Below are positions 10,449 through 21,647 of a DNA stretch of 64,000 bases, piece by piece; positions within the stretch are counted from its first letter, which is position 1, and each line of letters begins with the position of its first letter. The notes beneath the pieces were generated by a model. The model did not search any database and had not been told where the DNA came from. It saw only the letters and a program-made list of their open reading frames with translations. Source of the DNA: Gammaproteobacteria bacterium (GTDB lineage: Bacteria; Bacteroidota; Bacteroidia; Flavobacteriales_D; JABDKJ01); the NCBI GenBank assembly GCA_047638815.1, contig JBLIMR010000002.1, forward strand, positions 168,945 to 232,944, in the 5' to 3' direction. The translations under genes were made by a program, and so were the position numbers.

Positions 10449-11234
10449 GTGAACGATAATAGCAATAAAAGAGCAGGTATAATTGGAACGGTGATTTTTC
10501 ACCTGTTGTTGCTATTGTTTTTTCTCACTACTGGGTTAACTCAACCTGATCCCTTGCCTGAACAGGAGTCAGCTTCTATAGTGCTGGGATGGACTGATGC
10601 TGGATCGGGAGATGATACGCCAAGTCCTACAACTGATGCCGAGCCCGAGGATGTACCGAAGCCCGCTGAGCCTGAACCAACACCAGTTGAAGAAGCACAG
10701 TCTGAGGAAGTAGAAACGCAGGAAGATAGTCCAGTTGCGGTGAAAAAACCTGTTGAAACCACAAAGCCAAAAACGGATAAGCCAAAAGTGGAGGAACCAC
10801 CAAAAGAAACAGCAGAGGAAATAGCGCAAAGAGAAAAGGCTGAGAGAATTAGAAAGTTAATGGGAAAGCCAGCTGGTGGTGGAAAAGGAGACGATGAAAA
10901 ACCTGGAAGTGTTGGTAAAGAAGATGGTGAAGTTGATGGTAAAGGAGTTTTTGGAACTGGAGGTAACTCTTGGAGTCTAATAGGCAGAAGTTTTAAAGGA
11001 GGAGCAATAGTCACCGAGAAACCAAAGGAGGAAGGGATTATTGTAATAGACATTGTTGTCGGAACAAACGGAAAGGTATTAAGGGCTGACTATAATTCGT
11101 TAAAATCAAAGTCCATTAGTATGCATCTCATTAGTTTGGCAAAAAAGGCAGCAAGAAATGCAAAATTTAATGTTGATCCATCAGCAAATGTTCAACAAAA
11201 AGGGGAATTAACCTTCAATTTCAAGCTGAAATAA
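10449..11234 (+). CDS. TonB-like periplasmic linker protein (GTG start)
   Basis: N-terminal transmembrane anchor, a Pro/Glu/Lys-rich spacer (PEPTPVEEAQSEEVETQ...KPKVEEPPKE) and a small C-terminal domain. It is the third gene of the exbB-exbD cluster. Confidence 0.5.
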   Translation: MNDNSNKRAGIIGTVIFHLLLLLFFLTTGLTQPDPLPEQESASIVLGWTDAGSGDDTPSPTTDAEPEDVPKPAEPEPTPVEEAQSEEVETQEDSPVAVKKPVETTKPKTDKPKVEEPPKETAEEIAQREKAERIRKLMGKPAGGGKGDDEKPGSVGKEDGEVDGKGVFGTGGNSWSLIGRSFKGGAIVTEKPKEEGIIVIDIVVGTNGKVLRADYNSLKSKSISMHLISLAKKAARNAKFNVDPSANVQQKGELTFNFKLK

Positions 11235-11243
11235 CCTTCATCA

Positions 11244-12461
11244 ATGACGTATCAAGAGACCCTCGACTGGCTTTTCGAGCAGTTACCAATGTATCAGAGA
11301 GTCGGTAAGGCTGCTTACAAAGCTGATCTGTCAACCAGTATCGAATTGGCAAGGGCATTAGGAAATCCTGAAAAAGACTTCCGAGGCGTTCATATTGCAG
11401 GCACCAATGGTAAAGGTTCAACAGCACATTACATTGCCTCCATTCTCCAAGAGAGTGGTTTGAAAGTCGGATTACATTGCTCACCACATTACTTCGATTT
11501 CAGGGAGCGTATAAAGATCGATGGAAAGAAAGTTGATGAGAATTTTGTTGTTGATTTTATTCGTCAATATCAAGAATTGAAACTAGAGATAGAGCCATCT
11601 TTTTTTGAAATGACGGTGCTTATGGCATTCGAATATTTCAAAAAGGAAAAAGTGGATATTGCCATTATAGAAACTGGTATGGGAGGGCGACTCGATACGA
11701 CTAATATTATTTCGCCTGAGGTTTCAGTCATAACAAATATTGGACTTGATCACACTCAATTTTTAGGAGATACAATTGAAAAGATAGCCATTGAAAAAGG
11801 AGGAATAATAAAAAAGAACACTCCAATAGTTTTAGGAGAAATGGATCCTTCCGCCATGGAAATTTTAATGACTGTTGCTGAAGATCGAGATGCAGAGGTT
11901 CACCTTTCAGGAAACTATGTAGGAAAAGAAATGAGTGCATTTCAACAGGAAAACATTGCGACTGCAATTCAAACATGTAGGGTTTTGGAAGAATTAGATT
12001 GGGCCATTACGGAAGAAGATTATGCTAGAGGAATATCTTGTGTTTCTGAAAACACCAACTTCATTGGACGTTGGCAGAAAGTTAGTGATAGTCCCTTAAC
12101 CATATTGGACTCCGCGCATAATGTCGATGGGATCATTGCGGTGGTAGAGACACTAGATAAGTACTCTTACGATAAGGTTAGAGTCGTACTTGGAATGGTT
12201 GACGACAAGGACATCAATGGAGTGCTATCAACATTGCCAAAAGATGCCGTTTATTATTTTTGTAAAGCAAAAATTCCAAGAGCTAAAAATGAAAAAGCGT
12301 TGAAAGAGTTGGCCCTGGAATATGATCTAAAGGGATCCGCCTACAACTCAGTTTCTGATGCTTATAATTTTGCAATTCAGGATTCTTCGGAGAAAGATAT
12401 GGTGTTGGTACTTGGAAGTATTTTTGTAGTTGGAGATGTCTTAGAGAATAGTTCAAGCTAA
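11244..12461 (+). CDS. folC: bifunctional folylpolyglutamate synthase / dihydrofolate synthase
   Basis: Mur-ligase-type P-loop HIAGTNGKGST and a DSAHN motif; 405 aa. Confidence 0.9.
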   Translation: MTYQETLDWLFEQLPMYQRVGKAAYKADLSTSIELARALGNPEKDFRGVHIAGTNGKGSTAHYIASILQESGLKVGLHCSPHYFDFRERIKIDGKKVDENFVVDFIRQYQELKLEIEPSFFEMTVLMAFEYFKKEKVDIAIIETGMGGRLDTTNIISPEVSVITNIGLDHTQFLGDTIEKIAIEKGGIIKKNTPIVLGEMDPSAMEILMTVAEDRDAEVHLSGNYVGKEMSAFQQENIATAIQTCRVLEELDWAITEEDYARGISCVSENTNFIGRWQKVSDSPLTILDSAHNVDGIIAVVETLDKYSYDKVRVVLGMVDDKDINGVLSTLPKDAVYYFCKAKIPRAKNEKALKELALEYDLKGSAYNSVSDAYNFAIQDSSEKDMVLVLGSIFVVGDVLENSSS

Positions 12462-12549
12462 CTTAGACGACATTCAAAATCCTACCGTTCTGTAAATCAA
12501 GATTTAAATCAGAATAAATCACTACCTTGTTAGTCTAATCAATGAGCCC

Positions 12550-13266
12550 ATGTTAGACCATATTCGCGTAGACCAAATTCTATTTATTGACATCGAAACA
12601 GTGCCAGAGGTATATTCTTTTGACGATTTATCGGATAGAGGACAATCACTCTGGGCAAAAAAAATGAAATGGCAGATGGATCGTGACAGTCTCTCAGCAA
12701 AAGAATCATACGAAAAAGCTGGAATATTTGCCGAGTTTGCAAAAGTGGTATGTATCAGTGCAGCATTCTATTATAAGCCAGACAAAGAATTGAGAATTAA
12801 GTCCTTTTACGATATTGATGAGAAAAAACTATTGCAGTGTTTTTCTGAAATGCTCGCAAGGTTTTTCGAAGATGACGACCAATATTTGTGTGCACATAAT
12901 GGGAAGGAATTTGATTTTCCATTTTTGGCAAGAAGGTATCTCATCAATGAATTAGAATTGCCATATTGCTTGGATCTTGCAGGAAAAAAACCATGGGAGG
13001 TACAACATCTCGACACGATGAATCTTTGGAAATTTGGTGACTACAAACACTATACTTCATTGGATCTTTTGACCCATGCTTTCAACATTCCGTCTCCAAA
13101 AAGCACAATAGATGGATCTGATGTTGCAAGACTTTTTTACGAAGAAAAAAACTACGAAGCGATAAAAAACTATTGTGAAGACGATGTAATCGCCATGTCG
13201 AGATTACTTATGAAATGGAAAGGCCAGCCGTCAGTCGAAGACAAGAAAATAATAAGAATTACCTAG
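12550..13266 (+). CDS. DnaQ/PolB-exo-like 3'-5' exonuclease
   Basis: ExoI motif FIDIETV, ExoII CAHNGKEFDFPFL and ExoIII YCEDDV, giving a DEDD arrangement. Confidence 0.65.
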   Translation: MLDHIRVDQILFIDIETVPEVYSFDDLSDRGQSLWAKKMKWQMDRDSLSAKESYEKAGIFAEFAKVVCISAAFYYKPDKELRIKSFYDIDEKKLLQCFSEMLARFFEDDDQYLCAHNGKEFDFPFLARRYLINELELPYCLDLAGKKPWEVQHLDTMNLWKFGDYKHYTSLDLLTHAFNIPSPKSTIDGSDVARLFYEEKNYEAIKNYCEDDVIAMSRLLMKWKGQPSVEDKKIIRIT

Positions 13267-13283
13267 ATTATATGATGTTAACT

Positions 13284-14648
13284 TTAGCCAAAAAGCATTG
13301 AAAAAATATCTTCAATTTTTCCTTCCTTGATGACTTCAATGTCATCATATGCTTTGGGTTTTATCGATGAATATTTGGAGATATAAATCTTTTTATAACC
13401 CAATTTTTGCGCTTCTGTGACTCTTTGATCTAGTTTATTTACTGGCCTCACTTCTCCACTCAATCCAATTTCCGCGGCAAAGCAAACTCCTTTATCCAAC
13501 GAGATGTCTGTGTATGAAGATAGAATAGCAATAACCACAGCCAAATCTAGCCCAGGGTCTTCTACTTTGATACCTCCAGCCATATTCAGGAAGACATCTT
13601 TCACACCCAATTTGAAGCCACATCTTTTTTCAAGAACAGCCAGTAACATGTTCAATCTACGAAGATCAAATCCAGTTGCTGAACGTTGAGGGTTGCCATA
13701 AACCGCAGGACTTACAAGACTCTGAACTTCTATCATCATCGGCCTCAAGCCTTCCAGAACACAACCTGGAGCTACCCCAGAAAAATCTTCTTCAAAATTA
13801 GATGTCAAGACCTTCGAGGGATCTGTGACTTCCTTAAGTCCAAGACCTGTCATTTCAAAAATTCCCAATTCATTTGTAGATCCAAATCGATTTTTTATTG
13901 CTCTAAGAAGTCGGTAAGTATGATTTCGATCTCCCTCGAAATAGATCACCGTATCGACCATGTGTTCCAATATTTTGGGTCCTGCAATATTTCCATCTTT
14001 GGTAATGTGACCCACTAGTATTACCGGCACATTTGTTTCCTTCGCATAGCGCAACATTTCACTCGCACACTCTCTTATCTGAGAGATACTTCCAGGGGCA
14101 GAATCAATAAATGAGGAGAAAAGTGTTTGTATAGAATCGATGATAATTACCTCTGGCTGGACTTCTTCTATTTGACTAAAAATTCTTTGCGTTGAGGTTT
14201 CTGTCAGTAATAGACATTTTTCATTTAGCTTGCCCAATCTTTCACCTCTCAATTTTATTTGTTGCAAGCTTTCTTCACCAGAAACATAGAGTATTTTTTT
14301 ATTGGTCAACTTCATGGCCACCTGCAAAAGCAAGGTTGACTTACCAATACCAGGTTCCCCCCCCAGCAACACAAGTGAACCAGGAACAAGACCACCACCA
14401 AGGACACGATTAAACTCCTTTCCCGGCATTTTTATTCTGTTCACGGCAAGCGAATCGACCTCGTTGATAGGAATAGATTTCTTGACCTTGCTTTCCAAAA
14501 AACTGCCTCTTTCTTGCTGAGATTTCTCTTTTGATATTATCTCTTCAATGAGCGTATTCCATTCGTTACAAGAAGGACATTGACCCAGCCATTGGGGTGA
14601 TTCATTACCGCAATTTTTACAAAAAAAAGCTTTTTTAATCTTTGCCAT
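13284..14648 (-). CDS. radA: DNA repair protein RadA/Sms
   Basis: Zinc finger CKNCGNESPQWLGQCPSCNEWNT, Walker A GGEPGIGKST, a KNRFG motif and a Lon-like C-terminal domain. Confidence 0.95.
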   Translation of the reverse strand: MAKIKKAFFCKNCGNESPQWLGQCPSCNEWNTLIEEIISKEKSQQERGSFLESKVKKSIPINEVDSLAVNRIKMPGKEFNRVLGGGLVPGSLVLLGGEPGIGKSTLLLQVAMKLTNKKILYVSGEESLQQIKLRGERLGKLNEKCLLLTETSTQRIFSQIEEVQPEVIIIDSIQTLFSSFIDSAPGSISQIRECASEMLRYAKETNVPVILVGHITKDGNIAGPKILEHMVDTVIYFEGDRNHTYRLLRAIKNRFGSTNELGIFEMTGLGLKEVTDPSKVLTSNFEEDFSGVAPGCVLEGLRPMMIEVQSLVSPAVYGNPQRSATGFDLRRLNMLLAVLEKRCGFKLGVKDVFLNMAGGIKVEDPGLDLAVVIAILSSYTDISLDKGVCFAAEIGLSGEVRPVNKLDQRVTEAQKLGYKKIYISKYSSIKPKAYDDIEVIKEGKIEDIFSMLFG

Positions 14649-15162
14649 GGCCCCTTTTTATTTTATTGATTATGGCAGTGGAGGAGTGGTTCGGTAAAAA
14701 AGGAATACACTTGGTTTCACCATTCCAAGATTTCATTTCATCAGACCCAACAATGTATTTTGGGTCTCCATTTTCTGCCTCGGTAGAATAATCTCCTCCT
14801 TTGACAAGGACATTAGGACGAAGATTCTCGATCAGAGACAAGGGAGTGTCTTCATTAAAAATAACGATCATTGAAGTACTGGACAATGCAGCCAACATGA
14901 TGGCTCTTGTCTCTTCATTATTGATAGGACGATCGTCTCCTTTACCAAGTCTCTTAACTGAAGCATCCGCGTTTAGACCAATTATGAGTTGATCACCGAG
15001 TGCAGCCGCATTGGTTAAGTAGGTAATATGACCAGGATGTAAAAGATCAAAAACACCATTGGTGAAAATCAATCGGTCATTTAAGTCTTTCCATTTTTTC
15101 ACCTGAGAAATAGCTTCTTTAAGTGAAAACAATTTATCCAATATCTGCTGTGGTATTCCCAA
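14635..15162 (-). CDS. RfaE domain II-like cytidylyl/adenylyltransferase (D-beta-D-heptose 1-phosphate adenylyltransferase family)
   Basis: FTNGVFDLLHPGHITYL (HxGH nucleotidyltransferase motif); about 175 aa. Confidence 0.75.
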   Translation of the reverse strand: MGIPQQILDKLFSLKEAISQVKKWKDLNDRLIFTNGVFDLLHPGHITYLTNAAALGDQLIIGLNADASVKRLGKGDDRPINNEETRAIMLAALSSTSMIVIFNEDTPLSLIENLRPNVLVKGGDYSTEAENGDPKYIVGSDEMKSWNGETKCIPFLPNHSSTAIINKIKRGHGKD

Positions 15163-16138
15163 GATAATTTTCGTTCTGTTTGTTGATCAAATATAGAGAA
15201 AGAAGTCCGACTACAATATTAAATACGGCTTGGGCGCACCAGATAATTAAACCAAGCGCCTCACCCGTTGCCGCGCTATACCCAAACAGGCCAATGGCTA
15301 GTCCAACAGCTTTGTGATATGCGCCAGTTCCGCCTGGGGTCAAGACAATAGAAAAAGCGCTAAAAATAAATGCAACGAATATAGCATTGAGCCCGATGTC
15401 TTTTGTTGAATCCAAACTGAGGAATGGAATGTAGAACATCAGTAAGTAACAAAACCAAATGATAAGAGTATGCAATAAAAAGGCCCACTTCTTTTTGGTT
15501 TTAACAATGCTCATGGCTCCTTCCCAAAGTCCTTTCGAAAGGTTTTCAATCTTGTTTTTAACTTTTGGATTTCTGAAGAATAATACAGCCAATACAATAA
15601 TTGAAAGTATTCCAATCCAAACAATTGGTTTATGAATAAAACTCTCTTCTCCACTTCCTTTATTTTTTTCGTAGAGTTCCATGGCATACTTTAAAGCCGT
15701 TTCTCTCTCAATGTAAAAAGTAACAGTCGTAATAATTGCGAGTGCAAGAAGATCGAAAACTCTCTCGGCCGCGATCGTCCCAAAGGCTTTTTCGATGGGT
15801 ACTTTTTCTGCTCTACTGAAAAACACGGCCCTACTTATTTCTCCACCACGAGGGATAAGCATATTGACGACATAGCCAATCATAACGGCATAGAATGCAT
15901 TTTTAAACTTGGTAATATAGCCCAAGGGTTCCATCAAAAACCCCCAACGATATGCCCTACTCATATGACTAATCGCAACCACGCCAAGCATAAGAAGGAT
16001 ATAAAAATAGTTTACATTTTGAAAAGACAAAACAAGTTCTGCTCGTGTAACAGGATCTTGAAAAGTGTCATAAAACAAATAAATCGCTAGTCCAATAGGA
16101 AGGCCGATTTTTAAGAATTTAAGGAATTTCTTTAGCAA
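15134..16138 (-). CDS. UPF0104 / lysylphosphatidylglycerol-synthase-TM-like integral membrane protein
   Basis: 334 aa with about 8 predicted transmembrane helices and a TTG start. The family assignment is from overall pattern only. Confidence 0.55.
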   Translation of the reverse strand: MLKKFLKFLKIGLPIGLAIYLFYDTFQDPVTRAELVLSFQNVNYFYILLMLGVVAISHMSRAYRWGFLMEPLGYITKFKNAFYAVMIGYVVNMLIPRGGEISRAVFFSRAEKVPIEKAFGTIAAERVFDLLALAIITTVTFYIERETALKYAMELYEKNKGSGEESFIHKPIVWIGILSIIVLAVLFFRNPKVKNKIENLSKGLWEGAMSIVKTKKKWAFLLHTLIIWFCYLLMFYIPFLSLDSTKDIGLNAIFVAFIFSAFSIVLTPGGTGAYHKAVGLAIGLFGYSAATGEALGLIIWCAQAVFNIVVGLLSLYLINKQNENYLGNTTADIG

Positions 16139-16150
16139 AATATACGCTTT

Positions 16151-16504
16151 TTAATCCTTGAGTAAATTTGTTTTTGAATCTGGAAAAGCCAAAGATGGTT
16201 TGAAAGATTTCGCTTCTTCAAAATCCATCTGAGCATATGACATTATGATGAGTAAGTCACCTACAGCAACTCTTCTTGCAGCAGCTCCATTCAGGCATAT
16301 TTTACCAGAACCACTTGGTGCGGAAATGATATAAGTTTCAATTCGCTCACCATTATTAATATTGACGATTTGTACTCTTTCACCTTCAATCATATTCGCT
16401 CTATCCAAAAGATCTTGATCGATCGTGATACTTCCAATATAATTTAAATCAGCCTCTGTGACTTTGACTCTATGAATTTTTGATTTTACTACTGTAATTG
16501 TCAT
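16151..16504 (-). CDS. panD: aspartate 1-decarboxylase
   Basis: 117 aa with the self-processing site YIGSITID and the [11 protein letters not shown] motif. Confidence 0.9.
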   Translation of the reverse strand: MTITVVKSKIHRVKVTEADLNYIGSITIDQDLLDRANMIEGERVQIVNINNGERIETYIISAPSGSGKICLNGAAARRVAVGDLLIIMSYAQMDFEEAKSFKPSLAFPDSKTNLLKD

Positions 16505-16530
16505 TGGGCAAAAGTAATGCTTTTGAATAA

Positions 16531-17394
16531 TTATCTTTTCGCAGGAATTAATTCCATATTGTCTATTAGTCGAACACCATCAATCCATGCTCCAATGAAC
16601 GCACGAACACCATCTGGTCCTTTCCAGTTTTTGATAGGCTGGAGTAATCTGTTATCTCCTAATTCAAAATATTCTAATTCGAGGGTTGACTCTTTTTCAA
16701 ATTTATCTTTTATAACTGATTTCACAGTGTTCGGAGTCAATGATGCATAATTCCCACTTAGTTCGGAAAGAGTTTTGAAAATAAATGCGGCTTGAATTTT
16801 TCCTTTTTTCGACAACCGCTGATTCCGACTGCTCATCGCTAATCCGCTTTTCTCCCGTACGATTGGAACACCTAGTATTTCTATATTATAGTCCAATTCT
16901 TCTGTCATTTTACGTAAAACTGCGAGTTGTTGAAAATCTTTTTCTCCAAAAAGTGCTTTATTGGGCTCCACAATATCAAATAGTCTAGAAACCACTTCAA
17001 CGACACCTTCAAAATGACCTGGTCTATTGGCTCCTTCCATAACTTGGGCGAGCTTTCCTAAGTTCGCTTCATTCCTCACGAAATCAGAGGGATACACTTG
17101 TTTGACATTTGGAGCGAACAAGACATGACAGCCTACGCTCTTTAATAATGCAGCATCCTTCTTTTGTTGTCTCGGGTATTTCTTTAGATCATCCGCTTTA
17201 TTGAATTGGGTAGGATTTACAAAAATGCTACACACCACAATATCCGCTACACTTAAGGCGTTCTTGATCAAAGTTAAGTGTCCGTCATGTAAGGCTCCCA
17301 TTGTAGGCACCAAGGCGATAGTCTTGCCTTTGTCTCTTTTATGGGTAAGAAATTTTTGTAGGGTCGAAACTTGAATAAAGGTCTTCATTTCCAA
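16531..17394 (-). CDS. panC: pantoate--beta-alanine ligase
   Basis: [11 protein letters not shown] (HIGH-type) motif and SIFVNPTQF. Confidence 0.95.
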   Translation of the reverse strand: MEMKTFIQVSTLQKFLTHKRDKGKTIALVPTMGALHDGHLTLIKNALSVADIVVCSIFVNPTQFNKADDLKKYPRQQKKDAALLKSVGCHVLFAPNVKQVYPSDFVRNEANLGKLAQVMEGANRPGHFEGVVEVVSRLFDIVEPNKALFGEKDFQQLAVLRKMTEELDYNIEILGVPIVREKSGLAMSSRNQRLSKKGKIQAAFIFKTLSELSGNYASLTPNTVKSVIKDKFEKESTLELEYFELGDNRLLQPIKNWKGPDGVRAFIGAWIDGVRLIDNMELIPAKR

Positions 17395-17427
17395 ATGTGT
17401 TGAATGAAGGCGAAGCTAGTTAATTAC

Positions 17428-17458
17428 TTGAAATATTGCTTTTTTTATCGTACTTTTG
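17428..17458 (+). promoter_or_regulatory. Bacteroidetes sigma-A type promoter (TTG-N20-TACTTTTG)
   Basis: TTG at 17428-17430, a 20-nt spacer and a perfect TAnnTTTG at 17451-17458, 38 nt upstream of the ATG at 17497. Confidence 0.5.
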
Positions 17459-17496
17459 AGCCTGATTTTTCAAACTACATAAAATAATTCTACTCT

Positions 17497-18318
17497 ATGA
17501 AGATATTATATATCTCTCAGGAGATTACGCCTTTCTTGCCGGAAAGCGAAATGTCCAAAGTTAATCGTGAACTACCTCAAAAGATCTCTGAATTAGGACA
17601 TGAAATTCGAGTGTTTATGCCCCGATATGGTGTGATCAATGAGAGAAGACATCAATTACACGAGGTTATCCGTTTGTCCGGAATGAATATGGTTATCAAT
17701 GACAGTGACCACCCTTTGATAATTAAAGTGGCTTCTATTCAACAAGCCAGAATGCAGGTGTATTTCATTGATAACGAGGAGTTTTTCAAAAGAAAAAGCG
17801 TTATTAATGATACGAAAGGGATCTTTATGGATGACAATGATGAGAGATCCATATTCTTTTCAAAAGGATGTCTAGAGACGGTGAAGAAACTAGGATGGAA
17901 GCCTGATGTAATTCACTTGAGTGGATTTATGACCGCATTGGTGCCGATGTTTATGAAGGAACTATATGCTGATGCGCCTCATTTTGAGAATGCCAAGGTG
18001 GTTTATTCAGTATATGACCATGGAACAGATGAGAAATTAAGCGATGATTTGGTTAAGAAATTGGAGTACGATGAAATTAAAGAATCTGCTGTAACTTGTC
18101 TTAAAAACCCTACTATTAACTCAATGCATGAAATCGCGATTCAATATGCTGATGGAGTTATAAAGGGAAGTAAAGATTTACCAAAAGATCTAGAAAAGAT
18201 GATTGATGGCTCTAATGTTCCGGTTCTGGAATTTGTTGAAGAAGAGCTGGATTCTCAAAAAGCTTATGAAAAGTTTTATGAATCTATTGCAGTAGATATA
18301 GCGGTCACTGAGGCCTAA
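17497..18318 (+). CDS. glycogen/starch-synthase N-terminal-domain-like protein
   Basis: The MKILYISQEITPF... start resembles the GT5 starch synthase catalytic N-domain. At 273 aa it lacks the C-terminal GT1 half. Confidence 0.55.
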   Translation: MKILYISQEITPFLPESEMSKVNRELPQKISELGHEIRVFMPRYGVINERRHQLHEVIRLSGMNMVINDSDHPLIIKVASIQQARMQVYFIDNEEFFKRKSVINDTKGIFMDDNDERSIFFSKGCLETVKKLGWKPDVIHLSGFMTALVPMFMKELYADAPHFENAKVVYSVYDHGTDEKLSDDLVKKLEYDEIKESAVTCLKNPTINSMHEIAIQYADGVIKGSKDLPKDLEKMIDGSNVPVLEFVEEELDSQKAYEKFYESIAVDIAVTEA

Positions 18319-18344
18319 ATAATTAAGAAAAATATTATCCATTA

Positions 18345-19670
18345 ATGAGAAATTCTTTTCTGGGAATTTTAGTATTGGCATTTATAACAATGTCATGCGA
18401 AAAACCTGAAAGCAAGATAGGATTGGAATTGTTACCAGATGAGGAAAACTTAGGTTTTGCTCTTGATAGCACCACGGTTAAATTAAGAACAACATTACAT
18501 GATTCTCTAAGAACAGATAGATTGAACTATTATGTTTTAGGAGATATGACAGATCTTGCCATTACTGATAGAATTCAAGCGAACATATATTTTCAGCTCA
18601 GATTAAGTGCTTTAAATGTGGTCTTTGGAGATTCTGCTGTCGTGGATTCAATGGTTCTATCATTGGACTTTCAAGGGGATTACTATGGCGAGTTGACAGC
18701 AATGAATTTTACTGTTCAACAACTTTCAGAATCCTTAAGTTTGGATTCCACTTACTATTCTTACAGTAATTTGGCTGTGATGGACACGAATTTGTTAGGT
18801 GACATGACTTATACAGTGACTCCTGATTTGGAGACGGACGTTGTGGTTGGAGAAGATACTTTGGCTCCTCACATTCGCTTAAAATTAGCTAGTGAAATGT
18901 CCAATAACCTTGGCCAAACTTTTTTAGATGCTGATGCAAGTGTATTTGAAACAAGCACTTCATTTCTTGAATACTTCAAAGGACTTAAGCTTACGGCAAG
19001 TAATCCAACACCTAGTTCAGGCGGAGGATTGATTTATTTAGATCTAATTGAATCTCCTTTAAGTAAAATGACTTTGTATTATCATTTACCCAATCTTGAC
19101 TCTTTGTCTTTTGATTTTGATATCTCCGCAAGCAGTCAAGTTTTTACGGAGTTTAGTCACATGTATGGTCTAGATGTTATAGATCAATTAGAGGATATGG
19201 AAGATTTGGGCACGGTTGATTATGAAGAAGTTTATATCCAGTCTACAGCTGGTTTGGGTGTTGACGTGATTTTACCAAATCTCTTGAATTTTGGAGCAGA
19301 GGAAAACTTCATTATCAATAGGGCTGTATTGGAATTGCCAGTGAACACGGTTGACGCTGAAATGTTCGAACCCTGTGCCGAAATAAAGGCAGTTATGATG
19401 GTGGATGGTGAAGAGCAAAACATACCGGATGCTGTGTTAAGTGGATCTGGAGTAGATTATGTTGGTGGAATCTATGATGAAGAAAATAATGTCTACAAGA
19501 TAACGCTGACAAGATTTGTAGAACAGGTACTGAATGGTCAAATTGAAGAACCTATATTTACAATTGTTCCAAGCTTGAGTAGAACGGTCGCAAACAGATC
19601 CATTATTGATGTTGGAGATGAAACTGAAGATCGAAGAGCCAAGCTTATTATTAACTATACAACCTATTAA
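18345..19670 (+). CDS. DUF4270-like lipoprotein of unknown function
   Basis: Signal plus lipobox (ITMSC). Its position between the synthase-like gene and glmS, and its size, fit the DUF4270 family as I remember it. Confidence 0.45.
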   Translation: MRNSFLGILVLAFITMSCEKPESKIGLELLPDEENLGFALDSTTVKLRTTLHDSLRTDRLNYYVLGDMTDLAITDRIQANIYFQLRLSALNVVFGDSAVVDSMVLSLDFQGDYYGELTAMNFTVQQLSESLSLDSTYYSYSNLAVMDTNLLGDMTYTVTPDLETDVVVGEDTLAPHIRLKLASEMSNNLGQTFLDADASVFETSTSFLEYFKGLKLTASNPTPSSGGGLIYLDLIESPLSKMTLYYHLPNLDSLSFDFDISASSQVFTEFSHMYGLDVIDQLEDMEDLGTVDYEEVYIQSTAGLGVDVILPNLLNFGAEENFIINRAVLELPVNTVDAEMFEPCAEIKAVMMVDGEEQNIPDAVLSGSGVDYVGGIYDEENNVYKITLTRFVEQVLNGQIEEPIFTIVPSLSRTVANRSIIDVGDETEDRRAKLIINYTTY

Positions 19671-19673
19671 AAT

Positions 19674-21518
19674 ATGTGTGGTATTGTAGGGTATATAGGA
19701 AATAAACCAGCCTATCCCATTTTGCTAAAAGGCCTTAAACGTCTTGAATATAGAGGTTATGACAGCGCTGGCGTTGCAATAATAAATGGCACCGAACTTG
19801 AAATGTACAAGTGCAAGGGCAAAGTTGTAAACCTTGAGGGCATTGTCGTTGAGGAAGAAATGACCGGGACCATTGGTATTGGTCATACTCGATGGGCAAC
19901 TCATGGTGTTCCAAATGATGTTAACGCACATCCTCATTTTTCTGAAAATGAAGAGTTGGCGATCATTCACAATGGCATTATTGAAAACTACCACCCCTTA
20001 AAAAAAGAACTTTTGAAAAGAGGATATAGTTTTAAGAGTGACACGGATACAGAGGTGCTTATCAAACTGATTGAAGAAATTCATAAGAATGGTAAGTATG
20101 AATTATTCGAGGCCGTAAGGTTTGCTTTGAAGGAAGTGGTTGGCGCTTATGCTCTTGTTGTAATCAACAAGAAAAATCCAGATCAACTTATTGCAGCAAA
20201 AATGGGAAGTCCATTGGTTGTTGGAATCGGTGAGGAAAATGAATTCTTCTTCGCATCTGATGCTACGCCAATAATTGAATACACAAAGAACGTTGTGTAT
20301 TTGGAGGATGGAGAAATTGCGAGTGTTGATAGAGCGAAAGGATTAAAAATTAAAACAATTAAGAATAAAAACGTAAAGCCTTTTATTCAAGAATTGGAAA
20401 TGAATTTAGAGACATTGGAGTTGGGAGGATACCCACACTTTATGTTGAAAGAAATATACGAGCAACCGCGATCTGTACATGACAGTATGCGAGGTCGAAT
20501 TCAAGTCAACTTAGGAATGGTTGCACTTGGTGGAATGCGCGACTATATGGATAAGATGGCGAATGCCAAGAGGATAATTATTGTTGCTTGCGGTACGTCA
20601 TGGCACTCGGCACTATTAGCTGAGTATTTAATTGAGGATCTAGCTAGAATTCCAGTTGAAGTAGAATATGCTTCGGAGTTTAGATATAGAAATCCAGTCA
20701 TTAACGAGGACGATGTTGTCATCGCCATTTCACAGTCTGGTGAAACGGCTGATACTTTAGCAGCGATCAAGTTAGCTAAGAGCAAAGGAGCGTTGATATA
20801 TGGCATTTGTAATGTCATAGGATCAAGCATTGCTAGAGAGTCTCATACGGGATCTTACACGCATGCAGGCCCTGAAATTGGTGTAGCGTCTACAAAAGCA
20901 TTTACAGCGCAATTAACAGCTTTAATGCTAATGGCATTGGTGCTCGGGAAAGAGAGAGGGACTGTAGAAAATTCTGAGTTCCAACGACTGTTAATCGGGA
21001 TGGACGCTTTGCCAGAGAAACTGGAAAAGGTTCTTAAAACCAATGACCAAGTTTATAAAATTGCCGAGAAATTTCAGGATGTCAGTAACATGCTTTACTT
21101 GGGTAGAGGGGTTAATTTCCCAGTAGCCTTGGAAGGTGCTTTGAAGCTTAAAGAAATCTCATACATACATGCCGAGGGTTATCCAGCGGCAGAAATGAAA
21201 CACGGGCCTATCGCTTTGATAGATGAAAATATGCCGGTGATTATTATTGCCACTAAGGATGCTTCTTATGAGAAGGTCGTAAGCAATATGCAGGAGGTAA
21301 AAGCAAGAGGTGGCGTTGTAATCGCCATTGTTACTGAAGGCGACTCACAAGTAAAAGGAATGGTAGATCATGTGATTGAAATTCCAGATACAGAAAACTT
21401 ATTGGTTCCATTTTTATCCGTTATACCACTTCAATTACTTTCTTACCACATAGCTGTTATGAGAGGATGTAATGTCGATCAGCCGAGAAATTTGGCGAAG
21501 TCGGTTACAGTGGAATGA
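19674..21518 (+). CDS. glmS: glutamine--fructose-6-phosphate aminotransferase
   Basis: N-terminal catalytic MCGIVGY, two SIS domains and the C-terminus KSVTVE. Confidence 0.97.
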   Translation: MCGIVGYIGNKPAYPILLKGLKRLEYRGYDSAGVAIINGTELEMYKCKGKVVNLEGIVVEEEMTGTIGIGHTRWATHGVPNDVNAHPHFSENEELAIIHNGIIENYHPLKKELLKRGYSFKSDTDTEVLIKLIEEIHKNGKYELFEAVRFALKEVVGAYALVVINKKNPDQLIAAKMGSPLVVGIGEENEFFFASDATPIIEYTKNVVYLEDGEIASVDRAKGLKIKTIKNKNVKPFIQELEMNLETLELGGYPHFMLKEIYEQPRSVHDSMRGRIQVNLGMVALGGMRDYMDKMANAKRIIIVACGTSWHSALLAEYLIEDLARIPVEVEYASEFRYRNPVINEDDVVIAISQSGETADTLAAIKLAKSKGALIYGICNVIGSSIARESHTGSYTHAGPEIGVASTKAFTAQLTALMLMALVLGKERGTVENSEFQRLLIGMDALPEKLEKVLKTNDQVYKIAEKFQDVSNMLYLGRGVNFPVALEGALKLKEISYIHAEGYPAAEMKHGPIALIDENMPVIIIATKDASYEKVVSNMQEVKARGGVVIAIVTEGDSQVKGMVDHVIEIPDTENLLVPFLSVIPLQLLSYHIAVMRGCNVDQPRNLAKSVTVE

Positions 21519-21647
21519 TACAATCTTTGAATGATGAAATGCTACAATGCGGTAATGCGATAATAGTTTATCACCTCTTGTTTATTGTTTTTATTAACTC
21601 ATAACCGGAAAGAATTCGTTCCCGATTCTTAGGGACGTAATTCGTAA

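Noticed and set aside
10541-11053. 170-aa and 86-aa minus-strand ORFs inside the TonB-like gene
   Set aside because: They are shadow frames of the Pro/Glu/Lys-rich linker, with low-complexity Ser/Pro/Gly or Phe/Trp/Arg strings.
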